Below are positions 1-9,110 of a stretch of 32,000 nucleotides of DNA, piece after piece. The notes beneath the pieces are model-generated. The model was given only the letters and a program-made list of their open reading frames with translations, searched no databases and was not told the DNA's origin. The number at the start of each line of letters is the position of its first letter. The first letter of the stretch is position 1. Source of the DNA: Delftia acidovorans NBRC 14950 (GTDB lineage: Bacteria > Pseudomonadota > Gammaproteobacteria > Burkholderiales > Burkholderiaceae_C); contig NZ_BCZP01000007.1 in NCBI RefSeq assembly GCF_001598795.1, positions 280,734-312,733 of the forward strand. The letters run 5' to 3'. The position numbers were made by a program, and so were the translations under genes.

Positions 1-540
1 CATGTCGGCGATGTAGCGGCTCTTGCGCTCGTGAAAGCCCACCAGCACCTTGCCCTTCTTGGCCACATAGCGCACCGACAGGCGCGAGCGGAAACGGTAG
101 GCCCAGGACGGACCTTCGATGGGGCGCAGCAGCGTCTCGGGCTTGACCTTGGCCAGATGCCAGAGATTGTCTTCCAGCACGCGCTGCTTGATGGCCACCT
201 GGGCGCCCACGTGCAGATGCTGCATCTTGCAGCCGCCGCAGGCACCGGCATGCAGACCGAAATTCGGGCAGCCGGGGCGCACGCGCTGGGAAGATTCGCG
301 GTGGATGGCCGTCAGGCTGGCGGCTTCCCAGTTGTTTTTCTTGCGATGGGTGTTGGCGCTGACCAGTTCGGTCGGCAGTGCGCCGTCGATGAATACCACC
401 TTGCCATCGCTCTTGCGGGCCACGCCCTGGGCGTCCATATCCATGGACAGCACCTGCAGCCAGCCTTCGGGCAGTGCAGGGGCGTCGATGTCGGCTTCGG
501 GCAGGTTGTCGGGGATCTTGTTGTCGCGGGGTTCACTCAT
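1..540 (-). CDS. rlmD: 23S rRNA (uracil1939-C5)-methyltransferase RlmD/RumA, N-terminal 180 codons; the gene continues past the left window edge
   Basis: Own translation of the minus strand from ATG (540-538) gives [60 protein letters not shown]..., a TRAM-like N-terminus. It is followed by [22 protein letters not shown], the Cys cluster typical of the RumA/RlmD Fe-S site. The frame stays open to position 1, so it is absent from the start-to-stop ORF track. Confidence 0.8.
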   Translation of the reverse strand, partial: MSEPRDNKIPDNLPEADIDAPALPEGWLQVLSMDMDAQGVARKSDGKVVFIDGALPTELVSANTHRKKNNWEAASLTAIHRESSQRVRPGCPNFGLHAGACGGCKMQHLHVGAQVAIKQRVLEDNLWHLAKVKPETLLRPIEGPSWAYRFRSRLSVRYVAKKGKVLVGFHERKSRYIADM

Positions 541-616
541 GGGGCACGATTGTCTCAGGCTCTCCCCTTGCCCTGTTGGCGGCTCCCCAAAAAAGCCCCC
601 AACTCGCTTTTGCCTC

Positions 617-934
617 TCAGGACCGCGGAGTGCTGCTGCGGCCCAGGTCCCGCTGCCGCTCCTGGCGCGCCCGGGCCAGTTGCTCGCGTTCGGCCAGCAG
701 GTTGATTTCGGTGATGCAGTTGAATTCGTCCAGCGTGAACACCATGGTGGCGCCGCGCTCGATCTTGTCCACGGTCTGGTGCAGCGGCAAGGTCAGGTCC
801 ACCGGCGGGCGGTTGGAGCGGTAGATCAGTTCCTGCTCGGGCGTGTAGACGGAATAGCAGGCGGCAGACGCGGCCTGCGCCAGCGCGCAGGCGGCCAGCA
901 CGGTGATGGCACGCAGGTTTTGCACAGCAGTCAT
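617..934 (-). CDS. Hypothetical small secreted protein (105 aa)
   Basis: Internal ATG (934-932) of track ORF 617..1336, preceded by GAGGGG 6 nt upstream. The N-terminus [26 protein letters not shown] looks like a Sec signal peptide. No family recognised. Confidence 0.55.
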   Translation of the reverse strand: MTAVQNLRAITVLAACALAQAASAACYSVYTPEQELIYRSNRPPVDLTLPLHQTVDKIERGATMVFTLDEFNCITEINLLAEREQLARARQERQRDLGRSSTPRS

Positions 935-1075
935 GGTGTTCCCCTCAAAACGACGGCCTGCCTGTGTATGTACTGGGTGGCAGGCCAGGCTGCCCAGCAT
1001 TATGGAGCAGCACATGCCGCGCCCCGCCAGGTGCCGCCTCCGCGCTGCAGCCGGTTTTGATTTTTCAGCTTTCAC

Positions 1076-1102
1076 AAATTTCTCTCTTGACAGAAATTTC
1101 AG
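1076..1102. promoter_or_regulatory. AT-rich operator-like inverted repeat AAATTTCT-N8-AGAAATTT containing a perfect TTGACA, 20 nt upstream of the GbsR/MarR regulator gene
   Basis: Read directly: CAAATTTCTCTCTTGACAGAAATTTCAG. It is an AT island in GC-rich DNA. A near copy in the opposite orientation lies at 1679-1704. Confidence 0.45.
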
Positions 1103-1121
1103 GCCTGCAGACACTGATGCC

Positions 1122-1682
1122 ATGCAACTGAGTCCCATCGCACACCGTTTCATCCACCATTGGGGCGACATGGGCAGCTCCTGGGGGGTGAACCGCACGG
1201 TCGCCCAGATCCACGCCCTGCTGTTTTTCCATGGCCGCCCGCTCAACGCGGAAGAGATTGCCGACACGCTGGGCGCCGCTCGCTCCAACGTGAGCAACAG
1301 CCTCAAGGAACTGCAAGGCTGGGAGCTGATCCGCACCAGCCGCAGGCCTGGCGACCGCCGCGACTACTTCGAGACCTCGTCCGATGTCTGGGAGCTGCTG
1401 CGCACCATCGTGCGAGAGCGCAAGCAGCGCGAGTTCGACCCGACCTCCGAGATGCTGCGAGAACTGATCGCCGAGCCTGGCTTCGACGACGAATCCCCCG
1501 ACACCCAGGACCGCGTGCACGAGACGCTGCGCCTGATGGAGTCGCTGGGCATCTGGACCGACGAGATGCTGCGGCTGTCGCCCTCCACGCTGGACAAGCT
1601 GCTGCGCCTGGGCGCCAGCGTGCAGCGCTTCGTGCGCTCCGAGGCCGCTGACACCCGCGTCAAGCGCGGACGCCGAGCCTGA
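1122..1682 (+). CDS. GbsR/MarR-family winged-helix transcriptional regulator (186 aa)
   Basis: ATG at 1122 within track ORF 903..1682. MQLSPIAHRFIHHWGDMGSSWGVNRTVAQIHALLFFHGRPLNAEEIADTLGAARSNVSNSLKELQGWELIR matches the GbsR-type pattern (regulator core with wHTH). Confidence 0.8.
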   Translation: MQLSPIAHRFIHHWGDMGSSWGVNRTVAQIHALLFFHGRPLNAEEIADTLGAARSNVSNSLKELQGWELIRTSRRPGDRRDYFETSSDVWELLRTIVRERKQREFDPTSEMLRELIAEPGFDDESPDTQDRVHETLRLMESLGIWTDEMLRLSPSTLDKLLRLGASVQRFVRSEAADTRVKRGRRA

Positions 1683-1704
1683 AATTTCCGTCACAAGAGA
1701 AACT
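1679..1704. promoter_or_regulatory. Second copy of the AT-rich operator-like motif, immediately upstream of the SD of the SDR gene
   Basis: CTGAAATTTCCGTCACAAGAGAAACT compared with the reverse complement of site 1, CTGAAATTTCTGTCAAGAGAGAAATT. About 20 of 24-26 positions are identical by eye. GGAGG (1705-1709) and ATG 1715 follow directly. Confidence 0.45.
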
Positions 1705-1714
1705 GGAGGTCACC

Positions 1715-2584
1715 ATGCGCATTCTGGTCTGCGGCGGCAACGGCTTCATCGGCCGCCATATCGTCAACCTGCTGGCCCTGGCCGGCCATGATCCCGTGGC
1801 GCGCAGCCGCCATTCCCTGCCTGCGCTCGACTACGCCAAGGCCACCACGCCCGACGCCTGGCTGCCGCACCTGGCGGGCGTGGACGCCGTGGTCAATGCC
1901 GTGGGCGTGCTGCGCGACAGCGCCTCCCGGCCCATTGATGCCATGCACGCCCAGGCCCCCATCGCCCTGTTCGATGCCTGCGCGGCGGCCGGCGTGCGGC
2001 GCGTGGTGCAGATCTCTGCCCTGGGCATAGAAGGCAGTGCCACGCGCTACGCCACCACCAAGCGCGCCGCTGACGAGCATCTGCTGGCACTCACGGCAGC
2101 CGGACATCTGCAAGGCTGCGTGGTGCGCCCCAGCGTGGTGTTCGGCGCTGGCGGCGCCAGCAGCGAGATGTTCCTGTCCATGGCGCGCCTGCCGGCGCTG
2201 CTGCTGCCGCGCCCCGTGCTGCAGGCCCGCGTGCAGCCGGTGGCCGTGCGCGACCTGGCCGAGGCCGTGGCCGGCCTGGTGACACGCCCCGAACCCGTGG
2301 GCATGATCGAGATCGGCGGCCCCCTGCCCTTGCCGCTGGCCGCGCTGATTGCCAGCCTGCGCGCGCAGATGGGCCGCGCTCCAGCCCGCGTGGGCACGCT
2401 GCCCGGCTGGCTCACCCGCGCCAGCGCACGCGCTGGCGACTGGGTCAGCGCCTCACCCTGGTGCAGCGAGACACTGGCCATGCTGGCCAGCGACAACGTC
2501 ACCGATCCGGCCGGATTGCAAGCCCTGCTGGGCCGACCCGGCGTTGCGCCATCCCAACTGCTGTCCACCTTGCGCCATGGATGA
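1715..2584 (+). CDS. NAD(P)-binding SDR / epimerase-dehydratase family protein (NmrA/NDUFA9-like), 289 aa
   Basis: MRILVCGGNGFIGRHIV carries the Rossmann GxxGxxG motif. GGAGG lies 6 nt upstream of the ATG. Confidence 0.85.
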   Translation: MRILVCGGNGFIGRHIVNLLALAGHDPVARSRHSLPALDYAKATTPDAWLPHLAGVDAVVNAVGVLRDSASRPIDAMHAQAPIALFDACAAAGVRRVVQISALGIEGSATRYATTKRAADEHLLALTAAGHLQGCVVRPSVVFGAGGASSEMFLSMARLPALLLPRPVLQARVQPVAVRDLAEAVAGLVTRPEPVGMIEIGGPLPLPLAALIASLRAQMGRAPARVGTLPGWLTRASARAGDWVSASPWCSETLAMLASDNVTDPAGLQALLGRPGVAPSQLLSTLRHG

Positions 2585-2981
2585 GCGCCGCTCCCGCCCC
2601 GTTCCAGCACCGCTGCGCACCATGCACTTGAGCCTGATCGCCGTCTGGCTGGGCACGGCCCTGGTCAGTGCCATCGAGCACCGCGGCCTGAGCGTGCAGG
2701 TGCTGGCCGATGCCGGCATCCACGATGCGCGCTGGCAGACATTCCTGATCTGGAGCGGCCTGCTCGCCGACCTGGCCGTGGGCCTGGCGCTGTGGCTGCG
2801 GCCGGGCCGGGAGAGCTATCTGGCGGCCTTGCTGCTGATGGCCGCCATGACCGTGCTGGCCACAGTGCTGCAGCCCACGCTGTGGCTGCATCCGCTGGGG
2901 CCGCTGCTCAAGAACCTGCCGATCGCCGCCATGCTGCTGCACCTGATGTCGGCACCTGTCACCCCGAAGGAGTCCGCATGA
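2577..2981 (+). CDS. DoxX-like small integral membrane protein
   Basis: Four predicted hydrophobic helices (LIAVWLGTALVSAI, LIWSGLLADLAVGLALWL, LAALLLMAAMTVLATVL, LPIAAMLLHLM). The ATG at 2577 overlaps the SDR stop (ATGGATGA). An alternative ATG at 2622 cannot be excluded. Confidence 0.65.
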   Translation: MDERRSRPVPAPLRTMHLSLIAVWLGTALVSAIEHRGLSVQVLADAGIHDARWQTFLIWSGLLADLAVGLALWLRPGRESYLAALLLMAAMTVLATVLQPTLWLHPLGPLLKNLPIAAMLLHLMSAPVTPKESA

Positions 2982-3457
2982 ATCTCTACCTGTTGCTCAA
3001 GACGCTGCATATCGCGTCCAGCGTGCTGCTGGTCGGCACCGGCCTGGGCTCGGCCTTCTACATGTTCTTCGCCAACCGCAGCGGCAGCGTCGCTGCCCAG
3101 GCCGTGGTCAGCCGCCTGGTGGTGCGTGCGGACTGGTGGTTCACCACGCCCTGCGTGGTCATACAGCCCTTGAGCGGCATTGCCCTGGCCCACATGGCGG
3201 GCTGGCCGTTGACCACGCCGTGGCTGGCACTGTCGCTGGGCCTGTACCTGCTGGCCGGCGCCTGCTGGCTGCCCGTGGTCTGGCTGCAGGTGCGCATGGC
3301 CGCCATGGCGCGCGGCGCGCACGCAGCGCAGGCCGCCCTGCCCGCGCTGTATGCCGTCTACGCCCGGCGATGGGAGGCGCTGGGCTACCCGGCCTTCATC
3401 GCCATGGCCGTGACCTACTACCTCATGGTCAACAAGCCGATGCTCTGGGGCGGTTGA
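2978..3457 (+). CDS. DUF2269-family integral membrane protein (159 aa)
   Basis: MNLYLLLKTLHIASSVLLVGTGLGSAFYMFFA... has the typical DUF2269 N-terminus. The ATG at 2978 overlaps the previous stop (ATGA), implying translational coupling. Confidence 0.7.
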   Translation: MNLYLLLKTLHIASSVLLVGTGLGSAFYMFFANRSGSVAAQAVVSRLVVRADWWFTTPCVVIQPLSGIALAHMAGWPLTTPWLALSLGLYLLAGACWLPVVWLQVRMAAMARGAHAAQAALPALYAVYARRWEALGYPAFIAMAVTYYLMVNKPMLWGG

Positions 3458-3485
3458 GCATCGGCAGTGCCTTCAGTGCCTGGCC

Positions 3486-3701
3486 TCAGAGCTTGGCAAT
3501 GGACACTTCGGTGGACTTGACCAGGGCCACCACGTCGGAGCCCACGACCAGGCCCAACTCGTCCACCGAGCGCGTGGTGATCACCGAGGTGACCACGCCC
3601 CAGGGCGTCTGCACATCGACTTCGGAGACAACGTCGCCTCGGATGATTTCGCGCACCTGGCCCTTGAACTGGTTGCGCACGTTGATGGCTTGAATGGACA
3701 T
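3486..3701 (-). CDS. ssuF: Single-domain TOBE/Mop (molybdopterin-binding-like) protein, SsuF-type, 71 aa
   Basis: MSIQAINVRNQFKGQVREIIRGDVVSEVDVQTPWGVVTSVITTRSVDELGLVVGSDVVALVKSTEVSIAKL has the Mop/TOBE pattern. GGAGA lies upstream of ATG 3701. It is the last gene after ssuB, as in the Pseudomonas ssuEADCBF operon. Confidence 0.8.
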   Translation of the reverse strand: MSIQAINVRNQFKGQVREIIRGDVVSEVDVQTPWGVVTSVITTRSVDELGLVVGSDVVALVKSTEVSIAKL

Positions 3702-3755
3702 GTTTTTCTCCTGGGGATCAAAAGGAATCAAAGGAAGGTTGGGGAAAACGGAAAG

Positions 3756-4736
3756 TCAGACCGCCCAGCGCAGGCCATGGGCCGGTACGCCGGGCCAGGC
3801 CGTGGTGTCGGTCAGCGGATTGGCTTCGGGCTCGGCGGCGGGCTTTTGCAGCACGCGGTCGAGAATGCGTTGCTCGATGGCCGCCAGCGCCACGCTGCCG
3901 TGCACGCGCGGCCGTGGCAGGGCGATGCGTTCATCCAGCGCGATGCGGCCGTCCTCGATCAGCACCACGCGGTCGGCCAGGGCCACGGCCTCCTGCACGT
4001 CATGCGTGACCAGCAGGGCCGTGAAGCCGTGGCGTTGCCACAGGCCTTCGATCAGGCGGTGCATCTCTATGCGGGTGAGCGCATCGAGCGCGCCCAGCGG
4101 CTCGTCCAGCAGCAGCAGTTGCGGGCGGTGCACCAGGGCGCGCGCCAGGGCCACGCGCTGGCGCTGGCCGCCGGACAGGCGCGCCGGCCATTCGCCCTCG
4201 CGGTCGGCTAGGCCGACCTGGGCCAGCACTTCGCGGCCACGCTCCTGGGCCGAGGCGGGCAGGCCCAGCGTCACATTGGCCAGCACGCGCCGCCAGGGCA
4301 GCAGGCGCGCGTCCTGGAACATGATGCGCGTGCCGCCCTGCGCGCCCTGCACGGCCCGTGCGGGCTCGCCGTCCAGCAGCAAAGTGCCGGCCGTGGCCTG
4401 CTCCAGGCCAGCGACCAGGCGCAGCAAGGTGCTCTTGCCGCAGCCGCTGCGGCCCACGATGGCGACGAATTCGCCAGGCTCCACCTGCAGCTGCACTTCG
4501 TGCAGCACCTCGCGCTGGCCGTAGCGCTTGGTCAGCCCGCCGGCCTGCAGGCGCACGCCACGGCGCGGTGCGGATTGGGGGGATGCGGACTGCGGCGCAT
4601 CGTCGTTCTGGGCCAGGCGGTCGCTGACGTCCAGGCCATCGGCATCGAACGAGGCCTCCCAGGCCATCGCCGGCGCGGTGGTGTTCAGCTCCACGGCCTG
4701 TGCCAGCGTGGTCTTCATGCGGTTCCATCGGCTCAT
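3756..4736 (-). CDS. ssuB: Aliphatic sulfonate ABC transporter ATP-binding protein with an N-terminal extension of about 65 aa
   Basis: Walker [10 protein letters not shown], signature [15 protein letters not shown] and Walker B LLLLDEP are present. AAGGAG lies 7 nt upstream of ATG 4736. Confidence 0.9.
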   Translation of the reverse strand: MSRWNRMKTTLAQAVELNTTAPAMAWEASFDADGLDVSDRLAQNDDAPQSASPQSAPRRGVRLQAGGLTKRYGQREVLHEVQLQVEPGEFVAIVGRSGCGKSTLLRLVAGLEQATAGTLLLDGEPARAVQGAQGGTRIMFQDARLLPWRRVLANVTLGLPASAQERGREVLAQVGLADREGEWPARLSGGQRQRVALARALVHRPQLLLLDEPLGALDALTRIEMHRLIEGLWQRHGFTALLVTHDVQEAVALADRVVLIEDGRIALDERIALPRPRVHGSVALAAIEQRILDRVLQKPAAEPEANPLTDTTAWPGVPAHGLRWAV

Positions 4737-4751
4737 GTCGTGCTCCTTGTG

Positions 4752-5603
4752 TCACTTGGGCTGGTAGCCCGGATGCCAGCGCAGCCACCAGTGCTCCAGC
4801 GCACGCGCAAACCAGTCGGCCAGCTTGCCCAGCAGGGCGTACAGCAGGATGCCGACCAGCACCACGTCGGTCTGCAGGAACTCGCGGGCATTCATGGTCA
4901 GGTAGCCGATGCCCGACTGCGCCGAGATGGTCTCGGCCACGATGAGGATCACCCACATCAGGCCCAGCGAAAAACGCAGGCCCACCAGGATGGAGGACAG
5001 CGCGCCCGGCAGGATGACCTCGCGGTACAGCTGCCAGCGCGTGAGGCCGTAGCTGCGCCCCATCTCGATCAGCGCAGGGTCCACATTGCGTATGCCGTGG
5101 AAGGTGTTCAGGTAGATGGGAAAGAACACCGACACGCTGATCAGGAACAGCTTGGCGCTCTCGTCGATGCCGAACCACAGGATGACCAGCGGAATCAGCG
5201 CCAGCGCGGGGATGTTGCGCACCATCTGGATGGTGGAGTCCAGCAGCGTCTCCGCCCAGCGCAGCGAGCCCGTGAGCAGGCCCAGCGCCAGCCCCAGCCC
5301 GCCGCCGATGGCCAGACCGCCCAGCGCGCGGCCCGCGCTCACCTGCACATGCTTGAGCAACTCTCCCGACTCGGCCAGCGCCTGCGCGGCGCGCAGCACA
5401 TCCAGCGGAGCGGGCAGCACCCGCGTGGACAGCCAGCCCCACGCCGAGGCGGCCTGCCAGACGGCGATCAGCGCCAGCGGCACCAGCCAGGGCACCAGAC
5501 GGCGGCCCACGCCGGCCGCAAAGCGCAGCAGCGGCGACCAGGAATCGCCGGCCGGGGGGGCCGAGGAGGCCGGCAGCGCAGTAACGGTACGTGCATCGGA
5601 CAT
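4752..5603 (-). CDS. ssuC: Aliphatic sulfonate ABC transporter permease
   Basis: BPD-type permease with multiple TM segments (PALALIPLVILWFGIDESAKLFLISVSVFFPIYLN). GAGGGAG lies upstream of ATG 5603. It sits between ssuD and ssuB. Confidence 0.9.
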   Translation of the reverse strand: MSDARTVTALPASSAPPAGDSWSPLLRFAAGVGRRLVPWLVPLALIAVWQAASAWGWLSTRVLPAPLDVLRAAQALAESGELLKHVQVSAGRALGGLAIGGGLGLALGLLTGSLRWAETLLDSTIQMVRNIPALALIPLVILWFGIDESAKLFLISVSVFFPIYLNTFHGIRNVDPALIEMGRSYGLTRWQLYREVILPGALSSILVGLRFSLGLMWVILIVAETISAQSGIGYLTMNAREFLQTDVVLVGILLYALLGKLADWFARALEHWWLRWHPGYQPK

Positions 5604-5614
5604 GCGTGACTCCC

Positions 5615-6775
5615 TCAGCTTTGCGACGCGCGCGGCGAGTACAGGTTGGCAACGGTCTCGCCTAGCGGCCCGCCCACTCCGCCAGCCAGCCTGTCGCGCA
5701 CGGACAGCGGCAGCAGCGGGAAGACCAGCTCGGCAAAGCGGTAGGCCTCTTCCAGGTGCGGATAGCCGGACAGCACAAAGGTGTCTATGCCCAGGTCCGC
5801 GTACTCCTTGATGCGGTCGGCCACGGTCTGCGCATCGCCCACCAGGGCCGTGCCCGCGCCCCCGCGCACCAGGCCCACGCCGGCCCAGAGGTTGGGGCTG
5901 ATCTCCAGCTCGGCCCGCGTGCGGCGGCTGCCGCCGGCATGCAGGGCGGCCATGCGGCGCTGGCCTTCCGAGTCCATGCGCGCGAAGGCGGCCTGGGCCT
6001 GGACCACGGTCTCGTCCTTGAGGCGGCTGATCAGGCGATCGGCATCGGCCCAGGCCTCATCCTCGGTCTCGCGCACGATGACGTGCAGGCGGATGCCGAA
6101 CTTCACGCTGCGGCCATGGCGCGCCGCCTTCTCGCGCACATCGGCAATCTTTTTGGCCACCTCGGCCGGGGGCTCGCCCCAGGTCAGGTAGGCATCGACC
6201 TGCTCGGCGGCCAGGTCGTGCGCGGCCTCGGACGAACCGCCGAAGTACACGGGCGGATACGGCTTTTGCAGCGGCGGGAACAACAGCTTGGCGCCCTTGA
6301 CCGAGAGGTGTTCACCTTCGTAGTCGAGCGTGCCGCCCTCATGGCTGCGCTCAAGGATCTCGCGCCAGATGCGGATGAACTCGGCCGATTGCTCGTAGCG
6401 CTGCGCATGGTCGAGGAAGACGCCGTCGCCCTCCAGCTCGGCGCGGTCGCCGCCCGTGACCAGGTTGATCAGCAGCCGCCCGCCCGACAGGCGGTCGAAC
6501 GAGGCCGCCATGCGCGCCGCCAGGCTAGGCTGGTGCAGGCCGGGACGCACGGCGACCAGGAACTTCAGGCGCTTGGTGACCGGAATCAGGCTGGAGGCGA
6601 CGACCCAGGGGTCCTCGCAGGAGCGGCCCGTGGGAATCAGCACGCCCTCGTAGCCCAGGCTGTCGGCCGCGATGGCGACCTGCTTGACATAGTCGTGGCT
6701 GAGCGGGCGGGCGCCCTCGGCCGTGCCGAGGTAGCGGCTGTCGCCGTGGGTGGGAATGAACCAGAAAACCTGCAT
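5615..6775 (-). CDS. ssuD: FMNH2-dependent alkanesulfonate monooxygenase
   Basis: [18 protein letters not shown]...[23 protein letters not shown]...LINLVTGGD is the characteristic SsuD luciferase-like sequence. Confidence 0.95.
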   Translation of the reverse strand: MQVFWFIPTHGDSRYLGTAEGARPLSHDYVKQVAIAADSLGYEGVLIPTGRSCEDPWVVASSLIPVTKRLKFLVAVRPGLHQPSLAARMAASFDRLSGGRLLINLVTGGDRAELEGDGVFLDHAQRYEQSAEFIRIWREILERSHEGGTLDYEGEHLSVKGAKLLFPPLQKPYPPVYFGGSSEAAHDLAAEQVDAYLTWGEPPAEVAKKIADVREKAARHGRSVKFGIRLHVIVRETEDEAWADADRLISRLKDETVVQAQAAFARMDSEGQRRMAALHAGGSRRTRAELEISPNLWAGVGLVRGGAGTALVGDAQTVADRIKEYADLGIDTFVLSGYPHLEEAYRFAELVFPLLPLSVRDRLAGGVGGPLGETVANLYSPRASQS

Positions 6776-6813
6776 GCGCTGCTCCAGTCAGGGGACGGAA
6801 TCGAGGAAGGAAA

Positions 6814-7869
6814 TCAAAGGGCGGAAGAAGGCCGTGCCGCCGCAGGCTCGGCCAGCCGCGCGTACTCGGCCGCCGAGGGCCGCCAGACGATGTCGGCCAC
6901 CTGCACCTGGCGCGGAATCAGGCCCAGCCGAAAAAACGCATCGGCCACGCGCTGCTGGTCCACCACGGTCTGCGCAGCCAGCAGGCCCACGGGGGAGCTG
7001 GGCCGGCGCGCAATGAAGCGGCTGACCACCGCCGCATCCAGACCGCTGAAGCCGGCCACCAGGGCCACGGCCTCCTGGCGCGCGCTCTGAGCCAGGCGAT
7101 CGGCGCGCGTGAGCTCGTCGAACAGCGCGCGCAGCACCTGCGGATGGCGCTCCACCAGGCCGCGAGAGGCCAGGTAGAACGAGGCGTTGCCCGACAGGCC
7201 TTCGCCATTGGCCAGCACGCGCGGGCGAATCGCCAGCTCGGTGGCCGCGTAGAACGGGTCCCAGATGGCCCAGGCATCCACGCTCTTGCGCTCGAAGGCG
7301 GCGCGCGCATCGGCCGGGGCCAGGTACACGGGCTGGATCTCGTTCCAGGCCAGGCCCGCCTTGTCCAGCGCACGCACCAGCAGGTAATGGGCGCTGGAGC
7401 CTTTTTGCAGCGCCACGCGCCGGCCCTTGAGGTCGGCCAGGGCGCGCAGCGGCGAGTCCGACGGCACGAGGATGGCCGAGCTTTCGGGCTTGGGCGGCTC
7501 GGCACCCACGTACAGCAGGTCGCGGCCCGCGGCCTGGGCAAAGACCGGGGGTGAATCGCCGGTCAGGCCGAAATCCAGGCTGCCGGCGGCCAGGGCCTCC
7601 AGCAGCTGGGGGCCGGCCGGAAACTCCAGCCAGCTGACCTTGGTGCCCGCAAAGCGCTTTTCCAGCACGCCTTGCTGCTTGAGGATGACCAGGTTGACGG
7701 CTGACTTCTGGTAGCCGATGCGCAACTGCTCGGGCCCGGCCACGGCGGCCGGCGTCTCGGCGCGTGCGTACTGGCCGGCCAGGCTCCAGCTGAAGGCGGT
7801 GGTGCCCAGCAGTTGCAGGGCCTGGCGGCGCACGCGGTCCAGGCGGGGCTTCTTGGAATTGGCATTCAT
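6814..7869 (-). CDS. ssuA: Aliphatic sulfonate ABC transporter periplasmic substrate-binding protein
   Basis: Signal-like N-terminus followed by LRIGYQKSAVNLVILKQQGVLEKRF...WLEFPAGPQLLEALAAGSLDFGLTGDSPPVFAQAAG (SsuA family). AAGGAG lies upstream of ATG 7869. Confidence 0.9.
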   Translation of the reverse strand: MNANSKKPRLDRVRRQALQLLGTTAFSWSLAGQYARAETPAAVAGPEQLRIGYQKSAVNLVILKQQGVLEKRFAGTKVSWLEFPAGPQLLEALAAGSLDFGLTGDSPPVFAQAAGRDLLYVGAEPPKPESSAILVPSDSPLRALADLKGRRVALQKGSSAHYLLVRALDKAGLAWNEIQPVYLAPADARAAFERKSVDAWAIWDPFYAATELAIRPRVLANGEGLSGNASFYLASRGLVERHPQVLRALFDELTRADRLAQSARQEAVALVAGFSGLDAAVVSRFIARRPSSPVGLLAAQTVVDQQRVADAFFRLGLIPRQVQVADIVWRPSAAEYARLAEPAAARPSSAL

Positions 7870-7892
7870 GGTGCGGACTCCTTGCAGTGGGC

Positions 7893-8903
7893 TCAGGGGC
7901 GCGACGCGATCAGGTCCACCGGCGCGGCATGCAGCAGGTTGAGCTTGCGGGGGATGAGCTTGAGCTCGAAGAAGGTGTCGGCGATCTGCTGCTGCTCGGC
8001 CAGGATCTCGCGCGTCACGGACGAGGTGCCGAAGCGGGCACGGCTCAGGTACAGCTCGGTGATGGACTTGTCCAGGCCCAGGATGCTGGACAGCTCGGCG
8101 GCAGCGGCCGTCTGGTTCTTCGAGGCCCAGCGGTCAATCCCATCGACCTCTTCGATGGCAATGCGCAGCACATCGGCATTGCGCGTGGCGAAATCGCGCG
8201 AGGTGAAGTAGTAGGCGCGGTTGTTGACCACGCCCGTGGCATCGGCCAGCAGGCGGGCGTCCAGCGTCTTTTGGGCGGCAGCCAGGAAGGGGTCCCAGAT
8301 CAGCCAGGCATCGACGGAGCCGCGCTCGAAGGCGGCGCGCGCATCGGCCGGCGCCAGGAAGACGGACTGCACATCGCCGTACTTCAAGCCATGCTTTTCC
8401 AGCAGCTTGACCAGGAAGTACTGCACGTTCGAGCCCTTGTTGTAGGCCACGCGCTTTCCCTTGAGGTCCTGCACGCTGCGGATGGGCGAATCCTTGGGAA
8501 CGATCACCGCCTCCAGCCCGGGGCGCGGCACGGTGGCGCCCGCATAGACCAGGGGTGCGCCTGCAGCCTGCGCAAAGATGGGTGGGGCCTCGCCCACATC
8601 GCCGAAGTCGATGGAGCCCACGTTCAGCGCCTCCAGCTGCACGGGGCCGGCGTTGAACTCGATCCAGCGCACGGATACGCCCAGCGGCGCCAGCCGCTTT
8701 TCCAGCGTGCCCCGGCTCTTCAGGATGGACAGCCAGCCCTTTTGGTGGCCCACGCGCAGCACGCGGTCGCCCGCCTTGTCCTGGGCCAGGGCCGGGCCGC
8801 CCACCGTGGCGACTGCTGCGGCAAGGCCCGCGCCCAGCAGTTGGCGTCGGCGCCAGTTGGCTGTGTGTCGGGGGAAAGAATCAAACGAGACCATGACGGA
8901 CAT
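7893..8903 (-). CDS. Second SsuA-family sulfonate-binding protein (paralogue) with a twin-arginine signal
   Basis: ATG 8903 (MSVMVSF; alternative ATG 8894). It carries RRRQLLGAGLAAAVATVGGPALAQD, then LRVGHQKGWLSILKSRGTLEKRL...WIEFNAGPVQLEALNVGSIDFGDVGEAPPIFAQAAG. The longer track ORF start at 9032 has an implausible Pro/Cys-rich N-terminus. Confidence 0.85.
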   Translation of the reverse strand: MSVMVSFDSFPRHTANWRRRQLLGAGLAAAVATVGGPALAQDKAGDRVLRVGHQKGWLSILKSRGTLEKRLAPLGVSVRWIEFNAGPVQLEALNVGSIDFGDVGEAPPIFAQAAGAPLVYAGATVPRPGLEAVIVPKDSPIRSVQDLKGKRVAYNKGSNVQYFLVKLLEKHGLKYGDVQSVFLAPADARAAFERGSVDAWLIWDPFLAAAQKTLDARLLADATGVVNNRAYYFTSRDFATRNADVLRIAIEEVDGIDRWASKNQTAAAAELSSILGLDKSITELYLSRARFGTSSVTREILAEQQQIADTFFELKLIPRKLNLLHAAPVDLIASRP

Positions 8904-8945
8904 CCTTGGAAGAGTGGTGCGTGGCTCAGGCAAAGCGCTGCCCAT

Positions 8946-8962
8946 GCATGCGCGCGGCATGC
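8946..8962. promoter_or_regulatory. Palindrome GCATGC-N5-GCATGC in the promoter region of the ssuA-paralogue/ssu operon
   Basis: Read directly: GCATGCGCGCGGCATGC, 43-59 nt upstream of ATG 8903 on the minus strand. Candidate LysR-type (CysB/Cbl/SsuR-like) site. The function is inferred only. Confidence 0.3.
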
Positions 8963-8965
8963 AGC

Positions 8966-9028
8966 CAGAAAACAAAAAAAGGGAAGGCGGAGCAAGGGGC
9001 GGCCGCCTGCAGGGCCGGGCCTGCAGGC
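8966..9028 (-). terminator. Candidate intrinsic terminator or attenuator on the minus strand
   Basis: The 9-bp stem GCCTGCAGG (9005-9013) pairs with CCTGCAGGC (9020-9028) around a 6-nt loop. Further along the minus strand come GGCGG..CCGCC and the run CCCTTTTTTTGTTTTC (about 8966-8983). The T-run is 20-25 nt from the strong stem, so the geometry is imperfect. Confidence 0.4.
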
Positions 9029-9110
9029 GCACCGCACGGAGTCGTCAGGTGCTACATCGCCGGCTGGCGAAGGCCATGGTCTCGAAGCGAAGAAAAGAGC
9101 TGGATGCCAC

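Noticed and set aside
3486-3701. The Mop/TOBE protein as part of a molybdate system linked to the 13.7-20.2 kb operon
   Set aside because: It is the terminal gene of the ssu operon, 10 kb away on the other strand, and fits the SsuF role known from Pseudomonas. There is no positional link to the TonB operon.
4000-5652. 550-aa minus-strand ORF overlapping ssuB and ssuC
   Set aside because: It is out of frame with the well-supported ssuB and ssuC genes on the same strand. The composition is extremely Arg/Ala/Gly/Pro-rich, so it is a GC artefact.
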